From assembly GCA_050950825.1 (NCBI GenBank), contig JBMNIH010000002.1:448001-512000 (forward strand): a stretch of 64,000 nt of DNA, written 5' to 3'. This DNA comes from Clostridia bacterium (GTDB taxonomy: Bacteria; Bacillota; Clostridia; JAAYHZ01). Within the stretch, counting starts at the first letter, position 1, and every line of letters begins with the position of its first letter. The position numbers and the translations under genes are program-made. Positions 13,279-22,447 of the stretch are shown piece after piece. The notes below the pieces were generated by a model that worked only from the letters and a program-made list of their open reading frames with translations, made no database searches and was not told where the DNA came from.

Positions 13279-14067
13279 TCAATCATCCAACCGAAGGGTA
13301 AAGTTCAATCGGTTGATACGGAGGGCTTTTCCGGTTTTATCGTCGATTTCAATATGAGCCCCGTTGAAGATCATTTCTCCTTTTTGGGGAGAAAACTTCA
13401 CGGGCATGCCGGTAACGAACCGGCTGATGGAAGAATCTCGGTCCGTTCCTAATATGCCCTCTCCGGGACCGGTCATACCCACATCGGTAATAAAGGCGGT
13501 ACCGAAAGGAAGAATTCTCTCATCGGCGGTTTGCACATGGGTGTGGGTTCCCACCACCGCGCTGACTCTGCCGTCAAAATGCCATGCAAATGCACACTTT
13601 TCGGAAGTGGCTTCTCCGTGAAAATCCACAAGAACCGACTTTGTAATTTCCTTGATCTTCGGCAGCTCTTCTTCGCATGTTTCGAAGGGACAGTTGCAGG
13701 GCTGCATATATACGCGTCCGGAAAGATTGATAACCGCTAAGGGGCCCGCTTTACCGTCTAGAATAAACCGACCTCTTCCGGGACTTTGCTTGCTGTAGTT
13801 AGCGGGACGTGCCATGTAAGGATCGGAATCTATGGAATACAGGATTTCATCTCTTGCCCATACATGATTGCCCAAAGTAATCCCGTCTACGCCCATATCG
13901 TACAGCTCGGATGCAATTCTTCCGTTGATCCCCTTCCCCGCCGCCGCGTTTTCGCCGTTTGCAATACAATAATCCCACCGGATCTCGTTTTTTAATTTGG
14001 ATAAGCCTTTTTGAACCGTTAATACCCCTTGCTTTGCAAATATATCTCCGATAAATAATATTTTCAT
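13279..14067 (-). CDS. ymdB: YmdB-like metallophosphoesterase (TIGR00282)
   Basis: GDI, NGENAA.G.G, TLGNH, DFHGEATSEK, GTHTHVQTAD. Confidence 0.93.
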   Translation of the reverse strand: MKILFIGDIFAKQGVLTVQKGLSKLKNEIRWDYCIANGENAAAGKGINGRIASELYDMGVDGITLGNHVWARDEILYSIDSDPYMARPANYSKQSPGRGRFILDGKAGPLAVINLSGRVYMQPCNCPFETCEEELPKIKEITKSVLVDFHGEATSEKCAFAWHFDGRVSAVVGTHTHVQTADERILPFGTAFITDVGMTGPGEGILGTDRDSSISRFVTGMPVKFSPQKGEMIFNGAHIEIDDKTGKALRINRLNFTLRLDD

Positions 14068-14930
14068 TATTCAATTCCTTTCTAACTTACGCTTATTATA
14101 ACACAGGGTGCCGGGAATGAAAACGACCACAATCGTCACATATATAGAAGATAATGTTTGTTTTTATAAAAATTCTTCACCCCGCATCATATAAACGTTC
14201 TTCAACCTTGATTGAAAAAGTAAAGTCCACTTTGCAAGGTTAAATTCCATCCATCCTAAAAAATTATTGCATAAGGTGGGATAAAATTATTCTAACAAGG
14301 AAGAATTGTTACTATGGAAGGATTTTTTCTGCAAAAAGCAAGTGAATGCTTCATTTATTACCTGTTTTTTTGCATAGCAAACAAACCGTGTTGATTTCTT
14401 CACTTTTTTGCAAAGGTAAAATCCACTACGGTTAAAAGGTAATAATTGGCAGAACGATGCCTTTCGGATAATTATTAATACTTTAATAAATCGGGATTCA
14501 AACAAATATTATTCGGTTCAATGAGTTTGGATCCCAATTTTTTTATTACTTCTTCACCAAACATAAATTTAAACACTTCATGAGGAGTTCTATCATTTAA
14601 AGATAATCCGGAGTAAGAATTTATGTGGTTCATTACAAGATTAATATCTTCCTGCACGAGATTATCGAAGCTTGTTCCTTTCGGTAAGATCTTCCTCAGT
14701 TCCCCGTGATTTTTTTCTTGTGATGCCCTTTGATAAGCTGAATACGAATCGCAATAAAAGACCTTAGTTCTAACTTCTCCGGTTACTCGGTAGTATTCAA
14801 TCGCTTTCGGGTTCGTAAATTCACTGCCCTTGTCAGCCAAAAGTATGGGAAACAGTTTTCTATTTAGCCCCCTAATATAATTGGAGAAACCATACGAATT
14901 TAGTAAAATGAATATAGGGGGTTAATCCAA

Positions 14931-15236
14931 ATGAAACACTATGATGATAAGTTCAAGGAACAAGTAATAAAAGAATGTCAAGAAGTGGGTAATATTTCCC
15001 TTGTTGCTAGACGCCATGATATATCCAAAACTACTATATATGGTTGGATAAAAGCTTATAAGAAGAGAGGTTCAGTCACTCCACTTCCTAAAAATAAAGA
15101 CAATAGAGTAAAAGAATTAGAACATAGGCTTAATGTTGTAAGCACAGAAAATGATAGATTAAAAAAGCTTGTTGCAGAAAAAGAGTTAGAGCTGCTAATA
15201 CTTAGAGAATTAAGGGATAGAGTAAACCCCAAGTAG
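14931..15236 (+). CDS. IS3-family transposase OrfA (HTH plus leucine zipper)
   Basis: KHYDDKFKEQVI...VARRHDISKTTIYGW, ENDRLKKLVAE. Confidence 0.9.
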   Translation: MKHYDDKFKEQVIKECQEVGNISLVARRHDISKTTIYGWIKAYKKRGSVTPLPKNKDNRVKELEHRLNVVSTENDRLKKLVAEKELELLILRELRDRVNPK

Positions 15237-16195
15237 CCGACAAGGTTGCAATTGCATTAAGGTGGATAAATAAAGGTTATGATATATCTTTAGTACTTGG
15301 CTTTGTCGGCATTGCTGCATCCACCTATTATGAATACATAAAAAGGCAATCAAAATCTAATAGAAATCATAATATTGCAGCATCTAATAAAGATAATGGA
15401 AGGCCTAGACCTGGTTATTCATATACAAAGACCGGTAGAAAAGTATCTGATGAACAAATAAAGGAGTGGTTATGCAATTTAATATCAGGAGATGGTTTTC
15501 CCTATGGTTACCGTAAACTAACAATATGTCTTAGAGAAGATTATGATCTAATTATCAATCATAAAAAAGTATATAGGCTGTGTAAAGAATTAGATATACT
15601 AAGACCTCAAAGAAAAATAAAGGAAAAGAGTTCTAAGCATTTAGCTAAGAAAGAAACAATATCAGCTCCCAATGAGCTTTGGGAAATGGATGTAAAATAC
15701 GGATATATAAGCGGAGAAGATAAATTCTTCTTTCAACTATCTCTAATAGATGTATTTGACAGAAGCATTATAGATTATCATATAGGCTTATCCTGTAAAG
15801 CTTCTGATGCTTGCAATGTATTGAGAAATAGTATAAGAAAGCGCAATATATATGGTGGTTTAAGGACACCTAAGATAAGGACAGACAATGGCCCTCAATT
15901 TGTATCTAAAGAATTTGAAGAATTCTGCAACAGCAATAATATAGTTCATCAAAGGATACCAGTAAAAACTCCTAATATGAATGCACACATAGAATCATTC
16001 CATTCAATATTGGAAGATGAATGTTACAGTCGCAATGAATGGAACAATTTTAAGGAGGCATACGAAACAATAACTGAATATATGAATTATTATAATAATC
16101 GCAGAAGGCATGGAAGCATAAAATATATGGCTCCAAATAAATTCTATGAAGCAATTATGAGAAAGAATGTAAAAGCTAAAGCATTTGCTGCATAA
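15230..16195 (+). CDS. IS3-family transposase OrfB (DDE), -1 frame relative to OrfA
   Basis: Frame open from 15230 with YGYRKL, WEMDVKY, TDNGPQF, NAHIESFH; first ATG only at 15686. Confidence 0.88.
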   Translation, partial: QVADKVAIALRWINKGYDISLVLGFVGIAASTYYEYIKRQSKSNRNHNIAASNKDNGRPRPGYSYTKTGRKVSDEQIKEWLCNLISGDGFPYGYRKLTICLREDYDLIINHKKVYRLCKELDILRPQRKIKEKSSKHLAKKETISAPNELWEMDVKYGYISGEDKFFFQLSLIDVFDRSIIDYHIGLSCKASDACNVLRNSIRKRNIYGGLRTPKIRTDNGPQFVSKEFEEFCNSNNIVHQRIPVKTPNMNAHIESFHSILEDECYSRNEWNNFKEAYETITEYMNYYNNRRRHGSIKYMAPNKFYEAIMRKNVKAKAFAA

Positions 16196-17747
16196 TCTCC
16201 ATAATTAGGGGGTCAAACCGTTTTCGAAACGTGTCAAGACCCAAAAGCTCTGTCAGTTTGTCGAAAACATCGATTACCGATTGCGAATCGTTCGAGTCTC
16301 GTAAAAATGCAAGCATAAATTCGGTTTTAACAAAATGCAACGTCATCAGCACTTTACCGCCTTTTGTACCAAGCACCGAATCCATTTCCACGACGAAAGG
16401 AGCATTAACATCTGCCATCACTTTTTTTGTAATCATCATACGTGCGTCCTATTCGGCATTCGCGATCCACTTTATGAGTTACGCCCGGTTTTTTGCGAGA
16501 TCGATATCTTACTTTTCTGGGCATATCAATATTACGAGCCGTGAAGAGGCCGTAGTCAACGTAATTGTATAACGTCCTTTCGCTGTACATAATTTTATCG
16601 GCATTGTTTACGCAAATATGATGAATGGACTGGCCTTTTTTCAGAAGAGGTGATATCACGGTATCCAATTGTTGCAACGATTTTTCATCGATTGCCACAC
16701 CGGAACGTGATTCCGAACGTGTATATTCATATTCTTTGTCTGCAACTTTAGCGTCGTATATCATTTTTTGCAATGAGCACTTGCGTTTTGTCGAGCATCC
16801 GTTACATACGTAAGGCGGTTTTTCGAGAGCATCACACTTCTGTTCTACGAAAGCATCACAGAAGTCATTGCACAGTCTGCATATGCTACAGATCCCTTTT
16901 TCGCAAACTCCGCTTTTTTTACATAGCGAACGTTTATGACAACCGATCCTGTACTTACATGCATTGTACGATTGGCCGAAAGCACCTGTCTTTCGTTCTA
17001 CCCGATGTCGACGAACTTCTTTGGATATTGTCGTGCAATCTTTACCGAGTATTTTACCGATTTCCTTAAAAGATTTTCCCTCCTTCAATAAGTTTTCGAT
17101 ATCTTTCCTGTCTGATAACGTCAAATGAGTTGACATCATTATGGTTCTCCTTTCAAAATCATTTTGAAAGACATCGTTCTTTTTTAATGATTGCACTGAT
17201 ATCGGTAAGTAATACATGTCTTGTTAGTTTTTAGTTTTAGATCATGACAAAAGTCCATCCGGTTAAAAAGACAAGCAATGGCCTTTTGCGGCATAAACGG
17301 CCTCCTTCCCGGCAAAGCCGGGTCCCTTCCATTTATTCCACAGTGCCATGCTTTTCTTTTTTCGCCATGCTTTTGAACATATACCGAGGGATGAAGGGGA
17401 GATGCAAGCGACCAATTTCTCAACATCCCTCGTCTTTTATATCGTAGCATGGCGAACACCGTATTACTTTTATATTTGTTTAGGTAATGATAGTCTCAGG
17501 AATCAGCTAAAAATGCATGCTTTCTTTACTAGTAATTTTTTGTATTTGCGTTTGCATTAGTAAAGTCCACAATATTTTTATTAATATTTTTGCAAAAGTA
17601 AAATCAACTGCAGCTTTCGAAGGGTGGACTTTACTTTTTCAAATGAGCAGAACGTTCTTCAACGACGAATTTGTAAAGGAAAACCTTCAGTATTTTTCGA
17701 TATATGGTATATTAATATGTAAAAAACCGTTTGCTTGGAGGGGAATG

Positions 17748-18803
17748 ATGAAAAGCATGATGACGTCAAGAGAAAGAGTGTTATCGGTTTTTAAAGGAAA
17801 GCTTCCGGACCGAGTTCCGTGGATGGAAGGAATTACGGAGAATAAAATCGCAACCGCCGTTTGCGGAGAACCGATTAATGTTAAATGGGAGGTAAGTCCG
17901 GCAGGGTTTCCCGTTCAATCCGGAAGAGAGCTTGCACAAGAACAGATCAAAGTCAATAAGGTGTTCGGCAAGGACAATATTCAGTTTTCAGCCTTTGCCC
18001 CCATATTTGCTCGAAGAATGACAAAAACCGATGACGGAAGCAATGTTTTGATAGGCGACGGCATGATTCGTACTTTTGAAGACTTTGAGAAAATATTCCG
18101 GCTTCCCTCACCGAAGGACCAAGAATTCGTCGAAAAAGCTCGAGAATTCATCAAGTACAGCGAAAATTATTGTACCGTAGCGTGTATCCGATTAGGTATC
18201 GGAGCGACCCTTTTGTCCATGGGCATCGAAGGGTTTTCTTATGCCATGGCGGACGACCCGGACTTAATCCGTGCCGTCCACGACGCTTACGCTTCATGGA
18301 CGGAAGAAGTCTTAGACGTTATCCATGATTGCGGTTTTGACATTGTATGGGCTTTTGACGACATCGCGTTTAATAACGGTCCGATTTTTTCACCCGCTTT
18401 CTACGAAGAAGAAATTCTCCCCCGAGAAAAAAGAATTATCGATAAAATCAACGTTCCGGTCATTACCCACAGCGACGGCAATATGACGCCGTTATTGGAT
18501 ATATGGTTGAAGCTAGGTCAAGACGGAATTCATCCTATTCAACCGGATGTGATGGACATTGAATACGTGAAAGAAAAATACGGCCGGCAGGTGGTTTTGG
18601 TAGGCAATATATTCATGGATGATTTGGTTCACAAAAATCCCGAGGATATTAAAACACAAGTAAAAGACAGAATCGAACGAATCGGAAAAGACGGCCGCTA
18701 TATCATATCCTCAAGCAACAGCCTAACGGATAACATGAAACCCGAAAACGTAAAAGCAATGATCGAGGCCATCGAAGAATACGGATATTACGAAACGAAA
18801 TAA
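17748..18803 (+). CDS. Uroporphyrinogen decarboxylase / MtaA-CmuA superfamily protein
   Basis: MTSRERV...PDRVP, DDIAF...P.FSP, HSDGN, HPIQP, GYIISSSNSL-like motifs; RBS GGAGGGG. Confidence 0.8.
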   Translation: MKSMMTSRERVLSVFKGKLPDRVPWMEGITENKIATAVCGEPINVKWEVSPAGFPVQSGRELAQEQIKVNKVFGKDNIQFSAFAPIFARRMTKTDDGSNVLIGDGMIRTFEDFEKIFRLPSPKDQEFVEKAREFIKYSENYCTVACIRLGIGATLLSMGIEGFSYAMADDPDLIRAVHDAYASWTEEVLDVIHDCGFDIVWAFDDIAFNNGPIFSPAFYEEEILPREKRIIDKINVPVITHSDGNMTPLLDIWLKLGQDGIHPIQPDVMDIEYVKEKYGRQVVLVGNIFMDDLVHKNPEDIKTQVKDRIERIGKDGRYIISSSNSLTDNMKPENVKAMIEAIEEYGYYETK

Positions 18804-20185
18804 GAAGGGGGCTGTTGCACTAAAAAGAAATAGTGCACAGCCTCTTTTTATTTAATTGATAAAAAATAAATCCCGATGCCCAAGAAGCAAGGGATTTATA
18901 GTAAAATAACAATATGAAAACCTTAAAACTTAATAAGAAGTATACATTTAAACGAAGAAATTATCAACTAAAACTTCCAATAGAATTGGAATATAAAATT
19001 CCTGACGATGATCCGGTTCGCTTGTTGAGTCATTTTGTGGAGGAGATGGATTTAGAAGATTTGTATTCGACTTATTCTCGTATAAAGAGAAACCAAGCAA
19101 GCCCGCGTCAGATGCTTAAAATCTTAATTTACGCATACATGAATCATATTTATTCATCAAGAGACATAGAAAAAGCATGTCGTCGCGATGTAAATTTTAT
19201 GTACCTTTTAGAGGGTATGCCGGTACCTGATCATGCAACGTTTTCCAGGTTTCGAAGCTTGCATTTCACACCTTGTGCCAAAAGAATTTTGAGTGAAATG
19301 TCCGAATTTCTCTATGATATCGGAGAATTATCCGGCGACGCCATATTTATTGACGGCACGAAAATAGAGGCGTGTGCAAACAAATACACTTTTGTCTGGA
19401 AAAGAGCGGTCACAAAAAATCAAGAGAAGTTGCTTGCAAAATTGGCGGATTTCTTCGCGGAATGCGAGGAAAAGTACGGAATCAAAATAGTATACAATAA
19501 TCAAGTCGAAATGAAACACGTTAAAAAGTTACGCAAGAGACTGTATGCCATAAAGAAGGAAGAAAACATCGAGTTCGTACATGGAAAAGGGAAGAGAAAA
19601 ACACCTTTCCAACGATCCATTGAGACTTTGGAGAATTATTTGGATAAGCTGAAGGAATATACGAAAAACATACATGTATGCGGAGACCGCAACAGTTTTT
19701 CAAAAACGGATCACGATGCGACGTTTATGAGAATGAAAGAGGACGCCATGGGCAACGGTCAGCTGAAAGCGGCATATAACATTCAACATGGCGTTGACTC
19801 CGAGTACATAACATGGGTAACGGTGAATCAATGCACAACGGATGCACCGACTCTAATACCTTTCTTGAATGAAATGAGATCCCATTTAAAATTCAAATAC
19901 AAAAAAGTTGTCGCGGACGCAGGATACGAAAGCGAAGAAAACTATATTTACTTGGATAAAAACGGCCAATCGGCGTATATTAAACCGTTAAATTACGAAC
20001 AATCCAAAACCAAGAAATATAAAAATGACATTGGTCTTATGGAAAATATGGAATACCATGCAGAAGGAGATTATTACGTCTGTCATAACAAGAGAAAACT
20101 TGTCGTTAGCGATATAATAAAGAAAAGAAGCAAAAACGGATTTTTGAGCGAGAAAACGGTTTATACATGCGAAGATTGCAGTGAT

Positions 20186-21892
20186 GCTCATTTGAAAAAG
20201 TAAATTCTACCCCCCGAGATACCTAATGTGGAATTTACTTTTTCAAATTCAGAAGTGGAATTTAGTTTTTCAAAAAGGTAAGATGTTTATGGTGGTGCCT
20301 CTTTTGGAGGTACATATGAACAAGAACAAACATTTGACCTTGGAGGATAGGAATACTATTGAACTAAGATTAAAGGAAAGAGAATCCTTCAAAGCTATTG
20401 GACGTGAGCTTGGCAAGGATCCAACTACTATCGCTAAAGAAGTTAAAAACCACCTTCAGTTTAAAAAGACCGGTTGCTATGGAAAAGCCTTTAATGACTG
20501 CCGCATTAGAAAAAACTGTACTGTACGGCATCTTTGTGGCAGCAAAAGGTGCAGACGTTACTGCTGCTTCTGTAACACCCATTTTTGTTCGACACTTTGC
20601 CCTGATTACCGGCAGGAAACATGTCAAAGACTTTCAAAGTCTCCTTATGTCTGCAATGGCTGCGAAGTCAAAACTTCCTGTACGCTGGAAAAAAGAACTT
20701 ACTCTGCACTGCATGCGCAAAGAGAATACGAAGCAGTCCGTTCAGAGTCACGTCAGGGCGTACAACTAACCGAAGAAGATGCGCTGAGACTGGATTCTCT
20801 TATCAGCCCTCTCATTATGAAAGGCCAGTCTCTCCACCACATATGTGTTAGTCATGCAGATGAAATCATGCTCAATGAACGCACTCTCTACAACTATGTG
20901 GACAAAGGCTTCTTTGCAGCCAGAAATATTGATATGCCTCGTGTTGTACGAATGGGAAAACGCAAGAGGAAGAATGAACAGTTCAAGGTGGACAAGAAAT
21001 GCCGGAACGGTCGCGCTTATCAGGATTTCCTTAAATTTATGGAGGAACATCCCGGGCTTCCTGTCGTTGAAATGGATACGGTCGAAGGAAGAAAAGGCGG
21101 CAAAGTGCTGTTGACGCTGCATTTTACCATACCTCAGCTAATGCTCGCATTTATCCGGGATGCCAATACTTCACAGTCCGTTATTGACGTGTTCGATAGG
21201 CTTTACAAAGGACTTAATCCGGATGTATTTCGCAGCTTGTTTCAAGTGCTTCTCGGGGATAATGGTAGTGAATTCTCCAATCCATCTGCCATTGAAATGG
21301 ATTCTCAGGGAAAACAAAGGACCCGAATTTTTTATTGTGACCCTCAGGCGTCATATCAGAAAGGTGCAGCTGAAAACAACCATACGCTGATCAGACGTAT
21401 AATCCCCAAGGGAACATCACTTGACAATTTTACGCAGGAGGACATAACACTTATGATGAATCACATTAATTCCTACAAAAGACTCAATCTCGGTGATAAA
21501 AGCCCTTATGAAGTCTTCTCTTCCCTTTACGGTGAAGAAATCCTAAAAAAGATGGACGTGGAACCTATCGCGTCAGATATGGTCATCCTTCGTCCATCCC
21601 TTCTTAAAAAATAAAACTTTAATAAAGAGGCACCACCTGCCGTAACTTCATAAATACACAATAAACAGGGGTGGAATTTACTCTTGCAAAAAGTGAGCTA
21701 ACATTTCACCCTTTATTTAGTGCACCCTAAAAACGGTTGGTTTTGCGCTCTTTACTCATATTTTATACTATTCATAAGTAAAAGTCACTGAAAATAAACC
21801 TTATTTTATTGCTGGATTAATATTGTTTTCTCCCGGTTTCAGAATCTGTGGAATTTACTTACGCAAAGTGGAATTTAACTTTTCAATTCACC
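20186..21892 (+). mobile_element. IS30-family element (copy E2, apparently intact, 1707 bp)
   Basis: 13-bp direct repeat AGATTGCAGTGAT at 20173-20185 and 21893-21905; ends GCTCATTTGAAAAAGTAAATTC / GTGGAATTTAACTTTTCAATTCACC. Confidence 0.92.
20316..21614 (+). CDS. IS30-family transposase with Cys-rich insertion
   Basis: KHLTLEDR HTH, DDE motifs EMDTVEG / DNGSEF / KGAAENNH; RBS GGAGG at 20306-20310. Confidence 0.92.
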   Translation: MNKNKHLTLEDRNTIELRLKERESFKAIGRELGKDPTTIAKEVKNHLQFKKTGCYGKAFNDCRIRKNCTVRHLCGSKRCRRYCCFCNTHFCSTLCPDYRQETCQRLSKSPYVCNGCEVKTSCTLEKRTYSALHAQREYEAVRSESRQGVQLTEEDALRLDSLISPLIMKGQSLHHICVSHADEIMLNERTLYNYVDKGFFAARNIDMPRVVRMGKRKRKNEQFKVDKKCRNGRAYQDFLKFMEEHPGLPVVEMDTVEGRKGGKVLLTLHFTIPQLMLAFIRDANTSQSVIDVFDRLYKGLNPDVFRSLFQVLLGDNGSEFSNPSAIEMDSQGKQRTRIFYCDPQASYQKGAAENNHTLIRRIIPKGTSLDNFTQEDITLMMNHINSYKRLNLGDKSPYEVFSSLYGEEILKKMDVEPIASDMVILRPSLLKK

Positions 21893-22447
21893 AGATTGCA
21901 GTGATTGCTCCTTCAAAAGTAAATGTATAAAAGGAAATAGCAAGATTCCGTTGACTGAAAGGGTAAAAAGACTTCACGTGGCGAAGGAATTTATCCGACA
22001 ACGAGAAAAAGCCATGGAAAGAATACGGAGCGAAGAAGGCTGCATGCTTAGAATAAACAGAAGCATACAGGCGGAAGGATCTTTCGGAACAATAAAGCAG
22101 GACATGGGATTTCGGAGATTTTTGTGCAGAGGTAAGGCGAATGTACTTGCCGAGAGCATACTACTGGCTATGGCTTTTAACGTAAATAAGCTTCACAGTA
22201 AAATTCAAGCCGGACGAACCGGTACACATCTTTTTCAATTTGAAAATAGTGCTTAAGTGAAAACAAATTAAAGAAAAAGCCGATTATTACAAAAGGTGTA
22301 TTAAGTGCACCCTTTTTTAGTAATCGGCTTCTTTGTTGATTAAAATTAATTAAAATTCTTTAAATTCAAGGTAAAATATTGAAAAAGAGGCAGTGCATCA
22401 GAAGTTTAAAAAACCTCTAATGCAACAGCTCCTTTTATTTATCGCCT

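Larger units (their letters stand above)
14860..16220 (+). mobile_element. IS3-family insertion sequence (~1.36 kb, AT-rich)
   Basis: IRs CTATTTAGCCCCCTAAT / ATTAGGGGGTCAAACCG; 4-6 bp target duplication (TTTT or GTTTTC); removal restores ...FRKLFPILLADKGSEF of the host transposase. Confidence 0.9.
14475..17139 (-). pseudogene. IS30-family transposase pseudogene (three fragments)
   Basis: HLTLSDR HTH plus Cys-rich domain (17139-~16420), EMDSV fragment (~16420-16221), ADKGSEF...EKNH fragment (~14859-14475); one extra A in an A7 run at 16422-16428 and an IS3 insertion. Confidence 0.9.
14207..17650 (-). mobile_element. IS30-family element (copy E1), disrupted by IS3 insertion
   Basis: 13-bp direct repeat AACGTTCTTCAAC at 14194-14206 and 17651-17663; 19-bp subterminal IR TTGAAAAAGTAAAGTCCAC at both ends. 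Confidence 0.9.
18914..22256 (+). pseudogene. IS1182-family transposase, split
   Basis: SSR.IE...PDHATFSRFR, IDGTKIEA.AN, TDHDATFM, ADAGYESEENY; C-terminal RSIQAEGSFG; removing 20186-21905 restores an in-frame 540-aa protein. Confidence 0.9.
18808..22432 (+). mobile_element. IS1182-family element, interrupted by IS30-family copy E2
   Basis: Terminal IR GGGGCTGTTGCA / TGCAACAGCTCC with a hairpin at each end; exact ends approximate. Confidence 0.8.

Noticed and set aside
17517-17747. N-terminal extension of the URO-D-like ORF
   Set aside because: It runs through the IS30 end and target duplication; the RBS and family N-terminus point to ~17748
20226-20315. N-terminal extension of the E2 transposase
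   Set aside because: It lies in the repeated end motifs; the RBS and homology to E1 support 20316
20191-21886. Repeated ~20-bp GTGGAATTTAC motifs as a CRISPR array
   Set aside because: Irregular spacing, mixed orientation, confined to IS ends, no cas genes
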